A stretch of 64,000 bases of DNA from the human T2T-CHM13v2.0 reference genome, Homo sapiens (GCF_009914755.1 NC_060932.1); one strand, 5' to 3'. Numbered from the stretch's first letter, positions 39,117 to 53,830 are shown. Translations and numbers: made by a program. Notes: generated from the sequence alone by a model not told the origin.

Positions 39117-39148
<32 letters not shown>

Positions 39149-39150
39149 AC
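39117..39150. repeat. (CA)n microsatellite
   Basis: About 17 AC units with one interruption. Confidence 0.95.
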
Positions 39151-40117
39151 AGCCTTGACACCTGCCATTATGAGTTCATAATGATATTGCAGGAGTTCAT
39201 ATCCCAGGAGCTCAAAATTCATCTATAATTTTTAAACTATGCTCTGTAATAATGAGAAAAATGTCTTCATTCTCAGTAATATCCAGATAAATAATGGAGA
39301 AATATCTCAGTAAAACACAAAGACCCCATGTTTTCTTTGGGCAGTATTTTATGCATTAAAGTCTATAGCCTACGCCCACTTGTGATCCTATCAATGAGTG
39401 AGTGCCACAGTCAATACCAACCCTTCTGTGTAGCCTGAAGTCTTGTCAATAGCTGATTTCACCAATCTTCTTTCTTAGAAAAACGGCACAATCGCTCATA
39501 ACAAATGCTTAGAATTGTAGTCAATAAGTATCCAGAAGCCATTTGGAGTGTGTGGTAGAAAAGGGAATTCCTTTTTTTCCTCTAGATTTCCTGGCCCTTT
39601 TATAGGCAAGTAAAAGTCACATATCCTAGTTCTGGAGAATGCATGGGAATAAAAGTGACGCATCACATTCAACTGAGGTAGGAAAAAGTTCATGTGCTTT
39701 TCCCTGTCTTGGTGACTGGCAATAATCAGTGGAATTGTTCTTGGGCAAATCCACAGAAATTTGGGACTTAATTTGTTACCCAAGAATAATCTGTCTTCTA
39801 CTAATATAGAGTGGCTTTAAATACTACAGCAAATTATTAAAATGAGCCAAATAAAGAAACTCTTTGAATTCCAGGAGGCGGCAATTATAAATCTTTGTCG
39901 CCTCACATAAGAACTCAATCTCAATTCCCTTTTTTAGCTGCTGCAATCCCAGGGGCTACAGGGACTGGACCACAGATGGCAATGCAGTGAGAGAGGGGCA
40001 GGCAGAGGACAGTGTGCAGCAGCTTCCACAGACTGTCAAATCTGATAACATACAGAAAATTATGTCACATTCCTTTTTGGCACATATAAATGTTGTTTTT
40101 GTGTTCAGCAGTCCCCC

Positions 40118-40365
40118 AGTAGCCAACACTTGTAAAGCACTTGCCATATACTACTTACAGTTCTAAGCACTTTACTTATAATAACTCATTTAATGCTCAC
40201 AGCAACCCTGTAAAGTTGATATATTATTGCTCCCATTTTCAAGATCAAGAAACTGAGGTTCAGTGATCCCTTATGGTTTGGAGGAGAGAAAATGTTTAAT
40301 AGCAAAGTCAGAAAGTAATTATTTAGCATCTGGTCCACAAGCAGATTCATGTGCTTCACAATGTG
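40118..40365 (-). mobile_element. MIR SINE
   Basis: gttctaagcacttt...aactcatttaatgctcacagcaaccctgt...cccattttcaagatcaagaaactgagg. Confidence 0.85.
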
Positions 40366-40391
40366 GATACCCATGTGTTCACTATGATCAT

Positions 40392-40768
40392 TGATATGGT
40401 TTGGCTGTGTGTTCCCATCCAAATATCACCTTGAATTATAATCCCCATAATCCCCACATGTCAAGGGTGGGACTAGGTGGAGGTAATTAAGTCATGGGGG
40501 TGGTTTCCCCCATGCTGTTCTAGAGATAATGAGGGAGTCTCATGGATCCGATGGTTTTATATGCATCTGGCATTTCCCCTGCTGGCACTCACTCTGTCCA
40601 CTGCCCTGTGAAGAAGGTGCTTGCTTCTCCTTTGTCTTCTGCCATTATTGTTAAGTTTCCTGAGGACTCCCCAGCAATGCAGAACTGTGATTCCATTAAA
40701 CCTCTTTCCTTTATAAATTACCCAGTCTGGGGTATTTCTTCATAGCAGTGTGAGAATGGACTAATACA
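40392..40768 (+). mobile_element. THE1D-type MaLR solo LTR
   Basis: tgatatggtttggctgtg...gagaatggactaataca; perfect TSD atcat. Confidence 0.95.
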
Positions 40769-41744
40769 ATCATGATTATGTTGATGATAATAGGTGAGAA
40801 TGGGATCAGCTGTCCTTGAGTTCCTCAGAGGGAAATTCATTTATTTGCCACTTGGGCACTGTGGTTTGCACTCAACTGAGATGAATGGATATCATTCCAA
40901 AGACAAGAACTAAACTTCCAATCAGGCTGAAAGAAAAGGCATCCAAGTAAGATTAAAAGTGCCCATACGTTTTGCGCTGTGTTCCATCTAGGCAGTTGTT
41001 TCTTCATGCACTTCTCATCCTTCTGTCACTAAGATACATAATTTGCACTGATAATCACTACAATGATGTTGTTAATATCTTAAATGACAGCTAACCATAT
41101 GGATGCAAGAAGTGTTTCCTGTGGAGGACTGCCTGGTGTCCTGGGCAATGCATACACTGACATCACTTTGAAAGTGATGACACGTAAGGTTAGGTTTTAA
41201 TTATTTCACTCAGTAACTTAAACATGTAACTTGTCAATCTTAGAGAATGTGAATCCCCTGTCAATAAATAAGATGGAAGATACAAAATACAGAAAGCATG
41301 CCAGGCATTACACAGGCTAATTAGTATCATGTTTATAATTTAGAAGTATATCACATAGAGTTTTATAAGCAGCATCACATAAATTCTCAAGTTCAGTACT
41401 ACATATGGGAATAATTTAAGGGTTCCTATTTTGTGATTTCACAGATGATTATTCTGTGATATCTTAGAAATATTTCATTGACTGATGATTTCTGACACCT
41501 TCCACTTCAGGGCATATGTTATACTCTGCCCCAAGTGCCAACACAAGAAACTAGTCAAAGAACCAGGAGAATAACCAACTAGGCTTGTACATCTGTCTGT
41601 CTGACCATTCCACTATAATTTCTAAAGGAGGTGACTGACCTTCAATAAAGTTTTACAAGGCTAACTGTGATGTATCATGTCATCTTAAAATGGAGATTGT
41701 TTTAAGTTTTTTTAAGTTTTCAAATGTAAAAACAAACTGTACAA

Positions 41745-42677
41745 CAATTTGCTTATCTATTCTCCTATTGAAGGATATCTCGGTTGCTTCCAAGTTTTGG
41801 AAATTATGAATAAAGTTGCTGTAAACATTTATGTTGAGGTTTTTGTGTGAACTTCAGGTTTCAACTCATTTGAGTATACACCATAGGATGCAATTGCTGA
41901 GTCATGCAATAAAAGTATGTTTAATTTTATAAGAAACTGCCAAAGTGTCTCCCAAAGTGACTGTACTGTTTTGCCACTCATTGATTAACAATAATAATCT
42001 CATTGATTATTATAATCAGATTATCAATGATAATCTTATTGATTACCACCAGCAATCAATGAGAGTTTCTGTTGCTCCACATCCTCACCACCATTTAGTG
42101 TTGTCAGGGCTTTGTATTTTAGCCATCCTAGTAGATGTGCAGTGGGATCTCCTTGTTTTAATTTGCAATTCTTTCATGGCAAATGATGTTTAGCATCTTT
42201 CCATACGCTTATTTGACATCTGTATATCCTCTTTGGTGAGGTAGCTGTTCAGATCTTTTGACCATTTTTTAATAGTTTTTTGTTTTCTTGTTAGTGAGTT
42301 TTAAGAGTTCTTTGTATATTTTAGATACAACTACTTCATCAAATATGTGTTTTACAAATATTTTCTATCAGTCTGTGGCTTGTCGCTTAATTCTTTTAAG
42401 TGTCTTACAGAGCAGAAGTTTTAAATTTTAATGAAGTCAAATTTATTTTTTTCTTTCATGGATTGCACTTTTGGTGTTTCATCTAAAAAGGTATCACCAG
42501 GTTAAAGGTCATCTGGATTTTCTCCTGTTATATTGTAGGAGTTTTTGAGTTTTATCTTTTACATTTAGATCTATGATCCATTTTGAGTTTATTTTTGTGA
42601 AAGGTGTAAGACCTGTGTCCAGATTCTCTTTTTAAAAATGTGGATGTTCAATTGTTCCAGCACCATTTGTTGAAAGA
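41745..42677 (-). mobile_element. L1MC-type ORF2 3' region
   Basis: ttgcttccaagttttgg...aataaagttgctgtaaacatt; ccaccagcaatcaatgagagtttctgttgctccacatcctc; ttgttccagcaccatttgttgaaa. Confidence 0.85.
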
Positions 42678-42679
42678 GT

Positions 42680-43390
42680 CCATTGATTTTTCTCAAACAT
42701 AAAAAGACCATTCAATGGAAGAAAGATAGATAGTTTTTTCAACAAATAATGCTGGAACAACTAACCAAGACTTTTAACCACATAAAAAATTAACTTCGAA
42801 TGGATAATATAACTAAATGTAATATATAAATTTATAAAATATCTAGAACAAACCACAGGGGCAAATCTTTATAACCTTGGATTAGGCCAAGAGTTTCTTT
42901 GATATGGCACAAAAAGAATAATCAATAAAAGAAAAAAATTAATAACTTCACCTAAATGGAGAATGCTTGCTGTGCAAAAGTTACTGACAAAGGAATGAAA
43001 CATAAGCCACAGACTGGGAGAAAGTATTTGCAAATCTCATGCCTGACAATGACCTTATATTCAGAAAATATGGAGAATTCTCAAAATTTAACACTAAGAA
43101 TTATGCCAATAAATGGTTTGAATAGGCAGTTCACCAGAGAAGAAATATAGATGACAAATAATATATTTTAAATGTTCAACATTATTATTCATCAGGAAAA
43201 TGTAGATTTACCAAAATAAGAAATGCCTCTAGTCAGGCATTAAAATAGTTAAAATAAAATTTAAAATGACAATACTAATGCTGGTGAGAACTTAGAGCAA
43301 CTGGAATGCTGGTATAGTGCTGGCAGGAACGCAAAATGACACTTCCTTTAGAAAACAATTTGGCCATTTCTTGTAATGTTAAAAATACAC
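42680..43390 (+). mobile_element. L1MD/ME-type ORF2 3' region
   Basis: ccattcaatggaagaaagatag...ttcaacaaataatgctggaacaac; aagccacagactgggagaaagtatttgcaaatc. Confidence 0.8.
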
Positions 43391-43697
43391 CAGGGCAGGA
43401 TCTTTTTCCAGGCCTCTCTCCTGGATTCTGGTAACTCCTTGGCCTGTGGCAGCACAGCTATAATCTTCACATGGTGTTCACCCTGTGTGTGTCTATGTCA
43501 GAATTTTCCACATTTATAGGGATGTCAATCATATTGGATCAGGGGTCCATTCTACTTCAGTATGACTTCACATTCACTATTTACATCTGCCAACAATCCT
43601 ATTTCTGAATAACATCACATTCTGAGGTAAAGGGGTTAGGAATTCAACATATTAATGGTGGGAGGAAGGGATAAACGACATAATTTAAACCATTAAA
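43391..43697 (-). mobile_element. MLT1 (MLT1B-like) LTR fragment
   Basis: ttccaggcctctctcctgg, tcttcacatggtgttc, catattggatcagggg, tcacattctgaggta...ggggttaggaattcaacatat. Confidence 0.85.
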
Positions 43698-43699
43698 GT

Positions 43700-44860
<1,161 letters not shown>

Positions 44861-45101
44861 TCCTCTGACTTACCTGAAAGGTTATTATACTTTTTTTTAT
44901 TATTATACTTTAAGTTCTGGGATGTGCAGAACGTGCAGGCTTGATACGTAGGTATACACATACCATGGTGGTTTGCTGAACCCATCAACCCGTCAACTAC
45001 ATTAGGTATTTCTCCTAATGCTATCCCTCCCCTACCCCCCCACACCCCAAAAGGCCACGGTGTGTGATGTCCCCCTCCCCATGTCCATGTTTTCTTATTG
45101 T

Positions 45102-48100
45102 TCAGCTCCCACTTATGAGTGAGAACATGCGGTGTTTTGTTTTCTGTTCCTGTGTTAGTTTGCTGAGAATGATGGTTGCCAGCTTCATCCTTGTCCCTGC
45201 AATGGACATGAACTCATCCTTTTTAATGGTTGCATAGCATTCCACAGTGTATATGTGCCATATTTTCTTTATCCAGTCTATCATTGATGGTCATTTGGGT
45301 TGGTTCCAAGTCTTTGCTATTGTGAACAGTGCTGCAATAAACATACATGTGCATGTGTCTTTATAGTAAAATGATTTATACTCCATTGGATATACACCCA
45401 GTAATGGGATTGCTGGGTCAAATTGCATTTCTGGTTCTAGATCCTTGAGGAATCAACACACTGTCTTCCACAACGGTTGAACTAATTTACACTTCCACCA
45501 ACAGTGTAAAAGTGTTCCTATTTCTCCACATCCTCTCCAGCATCTGTTGTTTCCTGACTTTTTAATGATCATCATTCTAATTTGATTTGCATTTCTCTAA
45601 TGACCAGTGATGATGAGCATTTTTTCATATATTTGTTGGCCACATAAATATCTTCTTTGAGAAGTGTCTGTTCATATACTTTGCCCACTTTTAGATGGAG
45701 TTGTTTGTTTTTTTCTTGTAAATTTGTTTAGGTTCCTTGTAGATTCTGGATATTAGCCCTTTGTCAGATGGACAGATTGCAAAAATTTTCTCCCATTCTG
45801 TAGGTTGCCTGTTCACTCTGATGGTAGTTTCTTTTGCGGTGCAGAAGCTCATTAGTTTAATTAGATCCCATTTGTCTATTCTGGCTTTTGTTCCCATTGC
45901 TTTTGGTGTTTTAGTCATGAAGTCTTTGCCCATGCCTAAGTCCTGAATGGTATTGCCTAGGTTTTCTTCTAGGGTTTTTATGGTTTTAGGTCTTACGTTT
46001 AAGTCTTTAATCCATCTTGAGTTAATTTTTTTATAAAGTGTAAGGAAGGCGTCCAGTTTCAGTTTTCTGCATACGGCTAGCCAGTTACCCAACACCATTT
46101 GTTAAATAGGGAATCCTTTCCCCATTTCTTGTTTTTGTCGGATTTGTCAAAGATCAGATGGTTGTAGATGTGTGGTGTTATTTCTGAGGCCTCTGTTCTG
46201 TTCCACTGGTCTATATATCTGTTTTGGTACCAGTACCATGCTGTTTTGGTTACTGTAGCCTTGTAGTATAGTTTGAAGCCGGGTAGCATGATGCCTCCAA
46301 CTTTGTTCTTTATGTTTAGGATTGTCTTGGCTATACAGGCTCTTTTTCAGTTCCATATGAAATTTAAAGTTTTTTTCTGATTCTGTGAAGAAAGTCAATG
46401 GTAGCTTGATGGGGATAACAGTGAATATATAAATTACTTTGGGCAGTATGGCCATTTTCACCATATTAATTCTTCCTATCCATGAGCATGGACTGTTTTT
46501 CCATTTGTTTGTGTCCTCTCTAACTTCCTTGAGCAGTGATTTGTAGTTTTCCTTGAAGAGGTCCTTCACATGTCTTATAAGTTGTATTCCTAGGTATTTT
46601 ATTCTCTTAATAGCAATTGTGAATGGTAGTTCACTCATGATTTGGCTCTCTGTTTGTTTATCATTGATGTATAAGAATGCTTGTGATTCTTGCACATTGA
46701 TTTTGTATCCTGAGACTTTGGTGAAGCTGCTTATCAGCTTAAGGAGATTTGGGGCTGAGATGATGGGGTTTTCTAAATATACAATCATGTCATCTGCAAA
46801 CAGAGATAATTTGACTTTCTCTATTCCTAATTGAATAGCTTTTATTTCTTTCTCTTGTCTGATTGCCCTGGCCAGAACTTCCAATACTATTTCGAACAGG
46901 AGTGGTGAGAGAGGGCATCCTTGTCTTGAGCCAGTTTTCAAAGGGAATGTTTCCACCTTTTGCCCATTCAGTATGATACTGGCTGTGGGTTTGTCATAAA
47001 TAGCTCTATTATTTTGAGATACATTCCATTAATACCCAGTTTATTGAGAGTTTCTAGCATGAAGGACTGTTGAATTTTTTTTTGAAGGCCTTTTCTGCAT
47101 GTGGTTTTTGTCATTGGTTCCGTTTATGTGATGGATTACGTTTATTGATTTGCATATGTTGAACAAGCCTTGCATCCCGGGGATGAAGCTGACTTGATCC
47201 TGGTGGGTAAGCTTTTTGATGTGCTGCTGGATTCAATTTGCTGATATTTTATTGAGGATTTTTGCATCAATGTTCTTCAGGGATATTGGCCTGAAATTTT
47301 CTTTTTTTGTTGTGACTCTGCCAGGTTTTGATGTCAGGATGATGCTGGCCTAATAAAATGAGTTAGGGAGGATTCCCTCTTGTTTATTGATTGGAATAGT
47401 TTTAGAAGGAATGATACCAGCTCCTCTTTGTGCCTCTGGTAGAATTCGGCTGTGAATCTGTCTGGTCCTAGGCTGTTTTTTGTTGGTAGGATAGTAATTA
47501 CCGGTAGGATATTAACCACTGGTCTATTCTGGGATTCAGCTTCCTGGTTTAGTCTTGGGAGGCTGTATGTGTCCAGGAATTTATCCATTTCTTCTAGATT
47601 TTCTAGTTTATTTGTGTAGAGGTGTTTATAGTATTCTCTGATGGTAGTTTGCATTTCTGGGCGATCAGTGGTCATATCCCCTTTATCATTTTTTATTGTC
47701 TAATTGATTCTTCTCTCTTTTATTCTTTATTAGTCTGGCTAGCGGTCTATCTACTTTGTTAGTCTTTTCAAAAACCCAGCTCCTGGATTCATTGATTTTT
47801 TGAAGGGTTTTTCGTGTCTCTATCTCCTTAGTTCTGCTCTGATCTTAGTTATTTTTTGTCTCCTGCCAGCTTTTGAATTTGTTTGCTCTTGTTTCTCTAG
47901 TTCTTTTAATTGTAATGGGAGAGTGTTGATTTTAGATCTTTCCCACTTTCTCCTGTGGGCATTCAGTGCTATAAATTTCCCTCTAAGCATTGTTTTAGCT
48001 GTGTCCCAGATATTCTGGTATGTTGTATCTTTGTTCTCATTGGTTTCAAAGGGCTTATTTATTTATGCCTTAATTTTGTTATTTACCCAGTAATCACTCA

Positions 48101-48877
48101 GGAGCAGGTTGTTCAGTTTCCATGCAGTTGTGTGGTTTTGAATGAGTTTCTTAACCCTGAGTTCTAATTTGATTGCACTGTGGTCTGAGAAACTGTTTGT
48201 TATGATTTCTATTCTTTTCCATTGGCTGAGGAGTGTTTTACTTCCAATTATGTGGTCAATTTTAGAATAAGTGCAATGTGGTGCTGAGAAGAATGTATAT
48301 TCTGTTGATTTGGGGTGGAGAATTCTGTAGATATCTATTAAGTGTGCATGGTCCAGAGCTGAGTTCAAGTCCTGCATATCTTTGTTGATTTTCCATCTCA
48401 TTGATCTGTCTAATATTGACAGTGGGGTGTTAAAATCTCCCACTACTATTGTGTGGGGGTTTAAGTCTCCTTGTAGGTATCTAAGAACTTGCTTTATGAA
48501 TCTGGGTGCTCCTGTATTGGATGCATATATATTTAGGATAGTTCGCTCTTCTTGCTGCATTGACCCTTTACCATTATGTAATGCCCTTCTTTGTCTTTTT
48601 TGATCTTTGTTGGTTTAAAGTCAGTTTTATCAGAAACTAGGATTGCACCCCTGCTTTTTTTTTTTTTTTTTTGCTTTCCATTTGCTTGGTAAATATCCCC
48701 CCATCCCTTTATTTTGAGCCTATGTGTGTCTCTGCACGTGAGATGGGTCTCCTGAATACAGCACACCAATGGGTCTTGACTTTTTATTCAATTTACCGGT
48801 CTGTGTCTTTTAATTGGGGCATTTAGCCCATTTACATTTAAGGTTAATATTGTTATGTGTGAATTTGATCCTGTCAT
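45102..48877 (-). pseudogene. L1 ORF2 (endonuclease/reverse transcriptase), fragmented by stops and frameshifts
   Basis: Starts MTGSNSHIT; remnants [49 protein letters not shown] lie in different frames. Confidence 0.93.
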
Positions 48878-48940
48878 TATGATGCTAGCTGGTTATTTTG
48901 CCCATTAGTTAATGCACTTTCTTCATACTGTCAATGGTCT

Positions 48941-49960
48941 TTACAATTTGGTATGTTTTTGCAGTGGCTGATACCAGGTGTTCCTTTCCGTATTTAGTGC
49001 TTCCTTCAGGAGCTCTTGTAAGGCAGGCCTCGTGATGATATAATCTCTCAGCATTTGCTTGTCTGTAAAGGATTTTATTTCTCCTTCACTTATGAAGCTT
49101 AGTTTTGCTGGATATGAAATTCTGGGTTGAAAATTCTTTTCTTTAAGAATATTGGATATTGGCCCCCCCCCCTTCTGGCTTCTGGTTTCTGCAGAGAGAT
49201 CTGCTGTTAGTCTGATGGGCTTCCCTTTATGGGTAACTCAACCTTTCTCTCTGGCTTCCCTTCATATTTTTTCCTTCATTTCAACCTTGGTGAATCTGAC
49301 GATTATGTGTCTTGGGGTTGCTCTTCTCGAGGAGTATCTTTGTGATGTTCTCTGTATTTCCTGAATTTGAATGTTGGCCTCCCTTGCTAGGTTGGGGAAG
49401 TTCTCCTGGATAATATCCTGAAAAGTGTTTTCCAGCTTGGTTCCATTCTCCCCATCACTTTCAGGTACACCAGTCAAATGTAGGTTTGGTCTTTTCACAT
49501 AGTCCCGTATTTCTTGGAGGCTTTGTTCTTTTCTTTTCATTCTTTTTTCTCTAATCTTGTCTTCATGCTTTATTTCATTAAGTTGATCTTCAATCTCTGA
49601 AATTCTTTTTTCCTCTTGATTGATTCGGCTATTGATACTTGTGTATGCTTCATGAAGTTCTCGTACTGTGTTTTTCAGCTCCATCAGGTCACTTATGTTC
49701 TTCTCTAAACTGGTTATTCTAGTTAGCAATTCCTCTAACCTTTTTTCAAGGTTCTTAGTGTCCTTGCATTGAGTTAGAACATGTTCCTTTAACTCGGAGG
49801 AGTTTGTTATTACTCACCTTCTGAAGCCTACTTCTGTCAATTTGTCAAATTTGTCAATTTGTCAAGCTCATTCTCCAACCAGTTTTGTTCCCTTGCTTTT
49901 GGAGGAGAAGAGGAGTTCTGGTTTTTGGAATTTTCAGTTTTTTCGCTGGTTTTTCCTCAT
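48941..49960 (-). pseudogene. L1 ORF1 (p40), disrupted
   Basis: ATG at 49960, TAA at 48941; remnant SLQEIRDYVKRPNL...DIIQENFPNLAREANIQIQEIQRT. Confidence 0.92.
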
Positions 49961-52663
49961 CTTCGTGGATTTATCTACCTTTGGTCTTTGATGTTGGTGA
50001 CCTTTGGATGAGGTTTCTGTGTGGACATCCTTTTTGTTGATGTTGATGCTATTTTTTTCTGTTAGTTTTTCTTCTAACAGTCAGGCCCTTCAGCTGCAGG
50101 TCTGCTGGAGTTTGCTGGAGGTCCACTCCAGACACTGTTTGTCTGGGTATCACCAGTGGAGGCGATAGGACAGCAAAGATTGCTGCCTATTCCTTCCCCT
50201 GGAAGCTTCGTCCAAGAGGGGCACCCGCCAGATGCCAGTCAGAGCTCTCCTGTATGAGGTGTTCGTCAATCCCTGCTGGGAGGTGTTTCCCAGTCAGGAG
50301 GCAGTCTGTCTTTTAGCAGAGCTCAAGTGCTGTGCTTGAGATCCACTGCTCTCATCAGAGCCAGCAGACAGGAACATTTAAGTCTGCTGAAGCTGCGCCC
50401 ACAGCTGCCCGTTCCGCCAGGTGCTCTGTCTTAGGGAGATGGGAGTTTTATCTATAAGCCCCTGTCTGGGGCTGCTGCCTTTCTTTCAGAAATGCCCTGC
50501 CCAGAAAGGAGGAATCTAGAGAGGCAGTCTGGCTACAGTGGCTTTGCCAAGCTGCAGTGGTTTTGGCCCAGTTTGAACTTCCCTGTGGCTTTGTTTACAC
50601 TGTGAAGGGGAAACTGCCTACTCAAGCCTCAGTAACATCGGACTCCCCTCCCGCCAGCAAGATCGAGTGTCCCAGGTCGACTTCAGACTGCTGTGCTGGC
50701 AGCAAGAATTTCAAGCCAGTGGATCTTAACTTGCTGGGCTCCATGGGGGTGGGATCCACTGAGCTAAACCACTTGACTCACTGGCTTCAGCCCCCTTTCC
50801 AGGGGAGTGAACGGTTCTGTCTTGCTGGCCTTCCAGGTGCCACTGGGGTATGAAAATAAACTCCTGAAGCTAGCTTGGTGTCCACCCAAACAGCCACCCA
50901 GTTTTGTGTTTGAAACCCAGGGCCCTGGTGGTGTAAGCACCCAAGGGAATCTCCTGGTCTTCAGGTTGCAAAGACTGTGGGAAAAGCATAGTATCTGGGC
51001 CAGAATGCACCACCCCTCATGGCACAGTCCTTCACAGCTTCCCTTGTCTAGAAGAGGGAGTTCCCCGACCCTTTGCAATTCCCAGGTGAGGTGATGCTTT
51101 ACCCTGCTTTGGCTCACCCTCTGTGAGCTGCACCCACTGTCTAACCAGTCCCAGTGAGATGAGCCGGGTACCTCAGTTGGAAATGCAGAAATCACCCTCC
51201 TTCTGCGTTGATCTTGCTGGGAGCTGCAGACCGGAGCTGTTCCTATTTGGCCACCTTGCCAGCCACCCTCTATTATACTTATTTTACATCTCCAAAGTAC
51301 CTATCACAAAGCTAGATGCAGAATATACTCATTGTAAACTTGTTGACTGAAAAGAATACTAATTAAAAACTATTAATAAATATTTTAATTGCCCCCCAAA
51401 ACTACACATTTTTAAGCATCTACTTGTCTGTGTAGATGTGTAGCATAAACAGCAATGTAAGACAATACAATATAAGAGTTTCTAAAGTCCCATTTACATA
51501 AAAATTACGTGCTAAATACAATAGTTTCATCATTTTTTAAAATAGTGTTTATTAAAATAGTTTCTCTGAAGGTTCTTATTAAATAATGTTGCTAATATAA
51601 TTTGATTTATTTAACTTTTAAAAACATATTTCTGTAATCCATAACCTGTATTATATGCTTAGTTTTTACTATTATTATTATTAGCTTAAACTAGCTATAC
51701 TTTCTTCCTATCCTTTGTCTGAGGAAATCAAAATTAGCATAGTTCTTTTTTTGTCAACTGGAACATTTTAAAAGTCAGTTTCTAAAATTTTTACTTCTTA
51801 TATGTAGCTTCATTTCACTAACCCAAAATAAGGACTTTCCTTCTTTCTTCCCCTTTCTATCTATCCCTAGACTACATTCCAGTATTTCCTTAGCATGTAC
51901 ATTAGTAATACAGTGTCAATTTTGGTCAGTCATCCTTTTAATAAGTGCAGTGAAAACTTAGTCTTTATTTTATTTCTAACAGCCTATAATTTGTTTTAAA
52001 AGTACAGCTATATTCCCTACCCTGAGGATCTATTAATAAGACAAAAGATTGTATATATCAGTTAGTATGCATATACTAGCTGTCATCTTATTACAATTAT
52101 TCTTATGCAACAATAACTTCCTTATTAAAAATAATTTTAGTAAGCTGTATCTTGGGTCTTCCTGTGTGATTTATGTGGTAGATTTTATGATAGCATCTTT
52201 ACCAAATCTCAGTTTGCAAAAACTCTGGAATGTGATACAGCATAATAAAACATTGACTTGAGATATTAATTAGGTGATAAAAATGCTACATAAGATTCAT
52301 TTGTAATACATAAACTGCTAGTTCCAGCTTCATGCCCTGTAATTATAGGGAAATATAAAACTCATACCTACCCCCAAAGGGAAAATAATGCAGAAGCACA
52401 AAGAAATTTGTCTTTAATTATTCCAGCAGCCAAAATATGATGACATAAGATAGTGATATTCTAAGTACAAATCAACACAAAGCCATTACTCCTCCCAGGG
52501 AATAGATCCAGATGTTCTGTCAGGGACCAGCAATCCTGAGCAAGCACGAAAGATGCCAGTGACTCTAAATCAGATCTGAATCAGACACAAAATTGCTATA
52601 AATTTCCCATCTGTAACTGTCCTTTCCCTTGTCAGTTCTTGTCCAGTACTCCTTTGCTGTCAC

Positions 52664-53830
52664 ATTTTTAAAAATATAAATGTATGGGGTACAAGTGTAA
52701 TTTTGATACATGGATAGATAGCATAATGGTAAAGTCAGGGCTTTCAGTGTATCTATTTCCAGAATAATGTACATAGTACTCATTAAGTAATTTCTCATTA
52801 TCCAGTCTCTCCCACCTCCACTACCCTTCTGAGTCTCCAATGTCTATCATTCCACACTCTATGTCCCTGTGTACACATTATTTTAGCTCCCACTTATAAG
52901 TGAGAACGTGTAGTATTTGTCTTTCTGTGTCTGAGTTGTTTCACTTAAGATAATGGCCTCCTGTTTCACCCATGTGGCTACAAAAGACTTGATTTCACTC
53001 TTTTTTATGGCTATATAGTAATTGATTGGGTATATATGCCATATTTTCTTCGTCCAATGATGACTTGATGGACACTTAGGTTGACACTTTATCTTTGCTA
53101 TCTGCAATAAATGTTAAAGTTTAGGTATCCTTTTTACATAATTTTTTACATAATAATTTATTTTTCTTTGGGTAGATACCAAGCAGTGGGATTGCTGGAT
53201 CAAATGGTAGTTCTATTTTTAGTTCTTTGAGAAATCTCCATACTGTTTTCCATAGACGATGTACTAATTTACATTCCTACCAATAGTGTATAAGCACTCC
53301 CTTTTCTCTGCATCCTCATCAACATCTGTTACTTTTTGTTTTTTCAATAATAGCCATTCTAACTAATATAACATCATAACTCATTGTGGTTTTAATTTGC
53401 ATTTCTCTGATGATTAGTGATGATGAGCATTTTCTCCTGTGCTTGTTCACCATTTATACATCTTCTTTTGAAAAATATCTATTCAAGTCCTTTGCTTTTT
53501 TTTTTTTTTTTTTTGAGACGAAGTCTCGCTGTGTCGCCAGGCTGGAGTATAGTGGCACAATCTTGGCTCACTGCAACCTCCGCCTCCCTGCACCTCCCAG
53601 GTTCAAGCAATTCTCCTGCCTCAGCCTTCAGAGCAGCTTGGACTACAGGCACATGCCACCATGCCCAGCTGATTTTCGTGTTTTTAGTAGAGATGGGGTT
53701 TCACCATGTTGGCCAGGAGGTCTTGATCTCTTGACGTTGTGATCTGCCCGCCTCAGCCTCCCGAAGTTCTTGGATTATAGGCATGAGCCACTGCACCTGG
53801 CCCTTTGCCCACTTTTTTAAAGGATTTTTG
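52664..53830 (-). mobile_element. L1PB4-like 3' fragment
   Basis: ggggtacaagtgtaattttgatacatggata...ttccacactctatgtcc...ttagctcccacttataagtgagaac; ORF2 C-terminal remnant. Confidence 0.9.
53496..53802 (-). mobile_element. AluSc-like
   Basis: gtcgccaggctgg (1-nt deletion) and gatctcttgac diagnostics; ctttgc on both flanks. Confidence 0.92.

Larger units (their letters stand above)
44893..51270 (-). mobile_element. Full-length L1PA7-like LINE-1 (6.38 kb), inactive
   Basis: 5' end ggctggcaaggtggccaaataggaacagctccggtctgcagc; 3' end gtgcagaacgtgcagg...ccatggtggtttgctg; TSD tattatactt (44883-44892, 51271-51280). Confidence 0.96.

Noticed and set aside
46147-46956. 269-aa ORF with RT motif FADD as a functional reverse transcriptase
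   Set aside because: It is a fragment of a frameshifted L1 ORF2 that starts mid-domain and shifts frame before its end.
49835-49865. (TTTGTCAA)-type micro-repeat in L1 ORF1, and the ggtaggata duplication at ~47486-47511
   Set aside because: Local slippage mutations in a dead L1; no functional implication.
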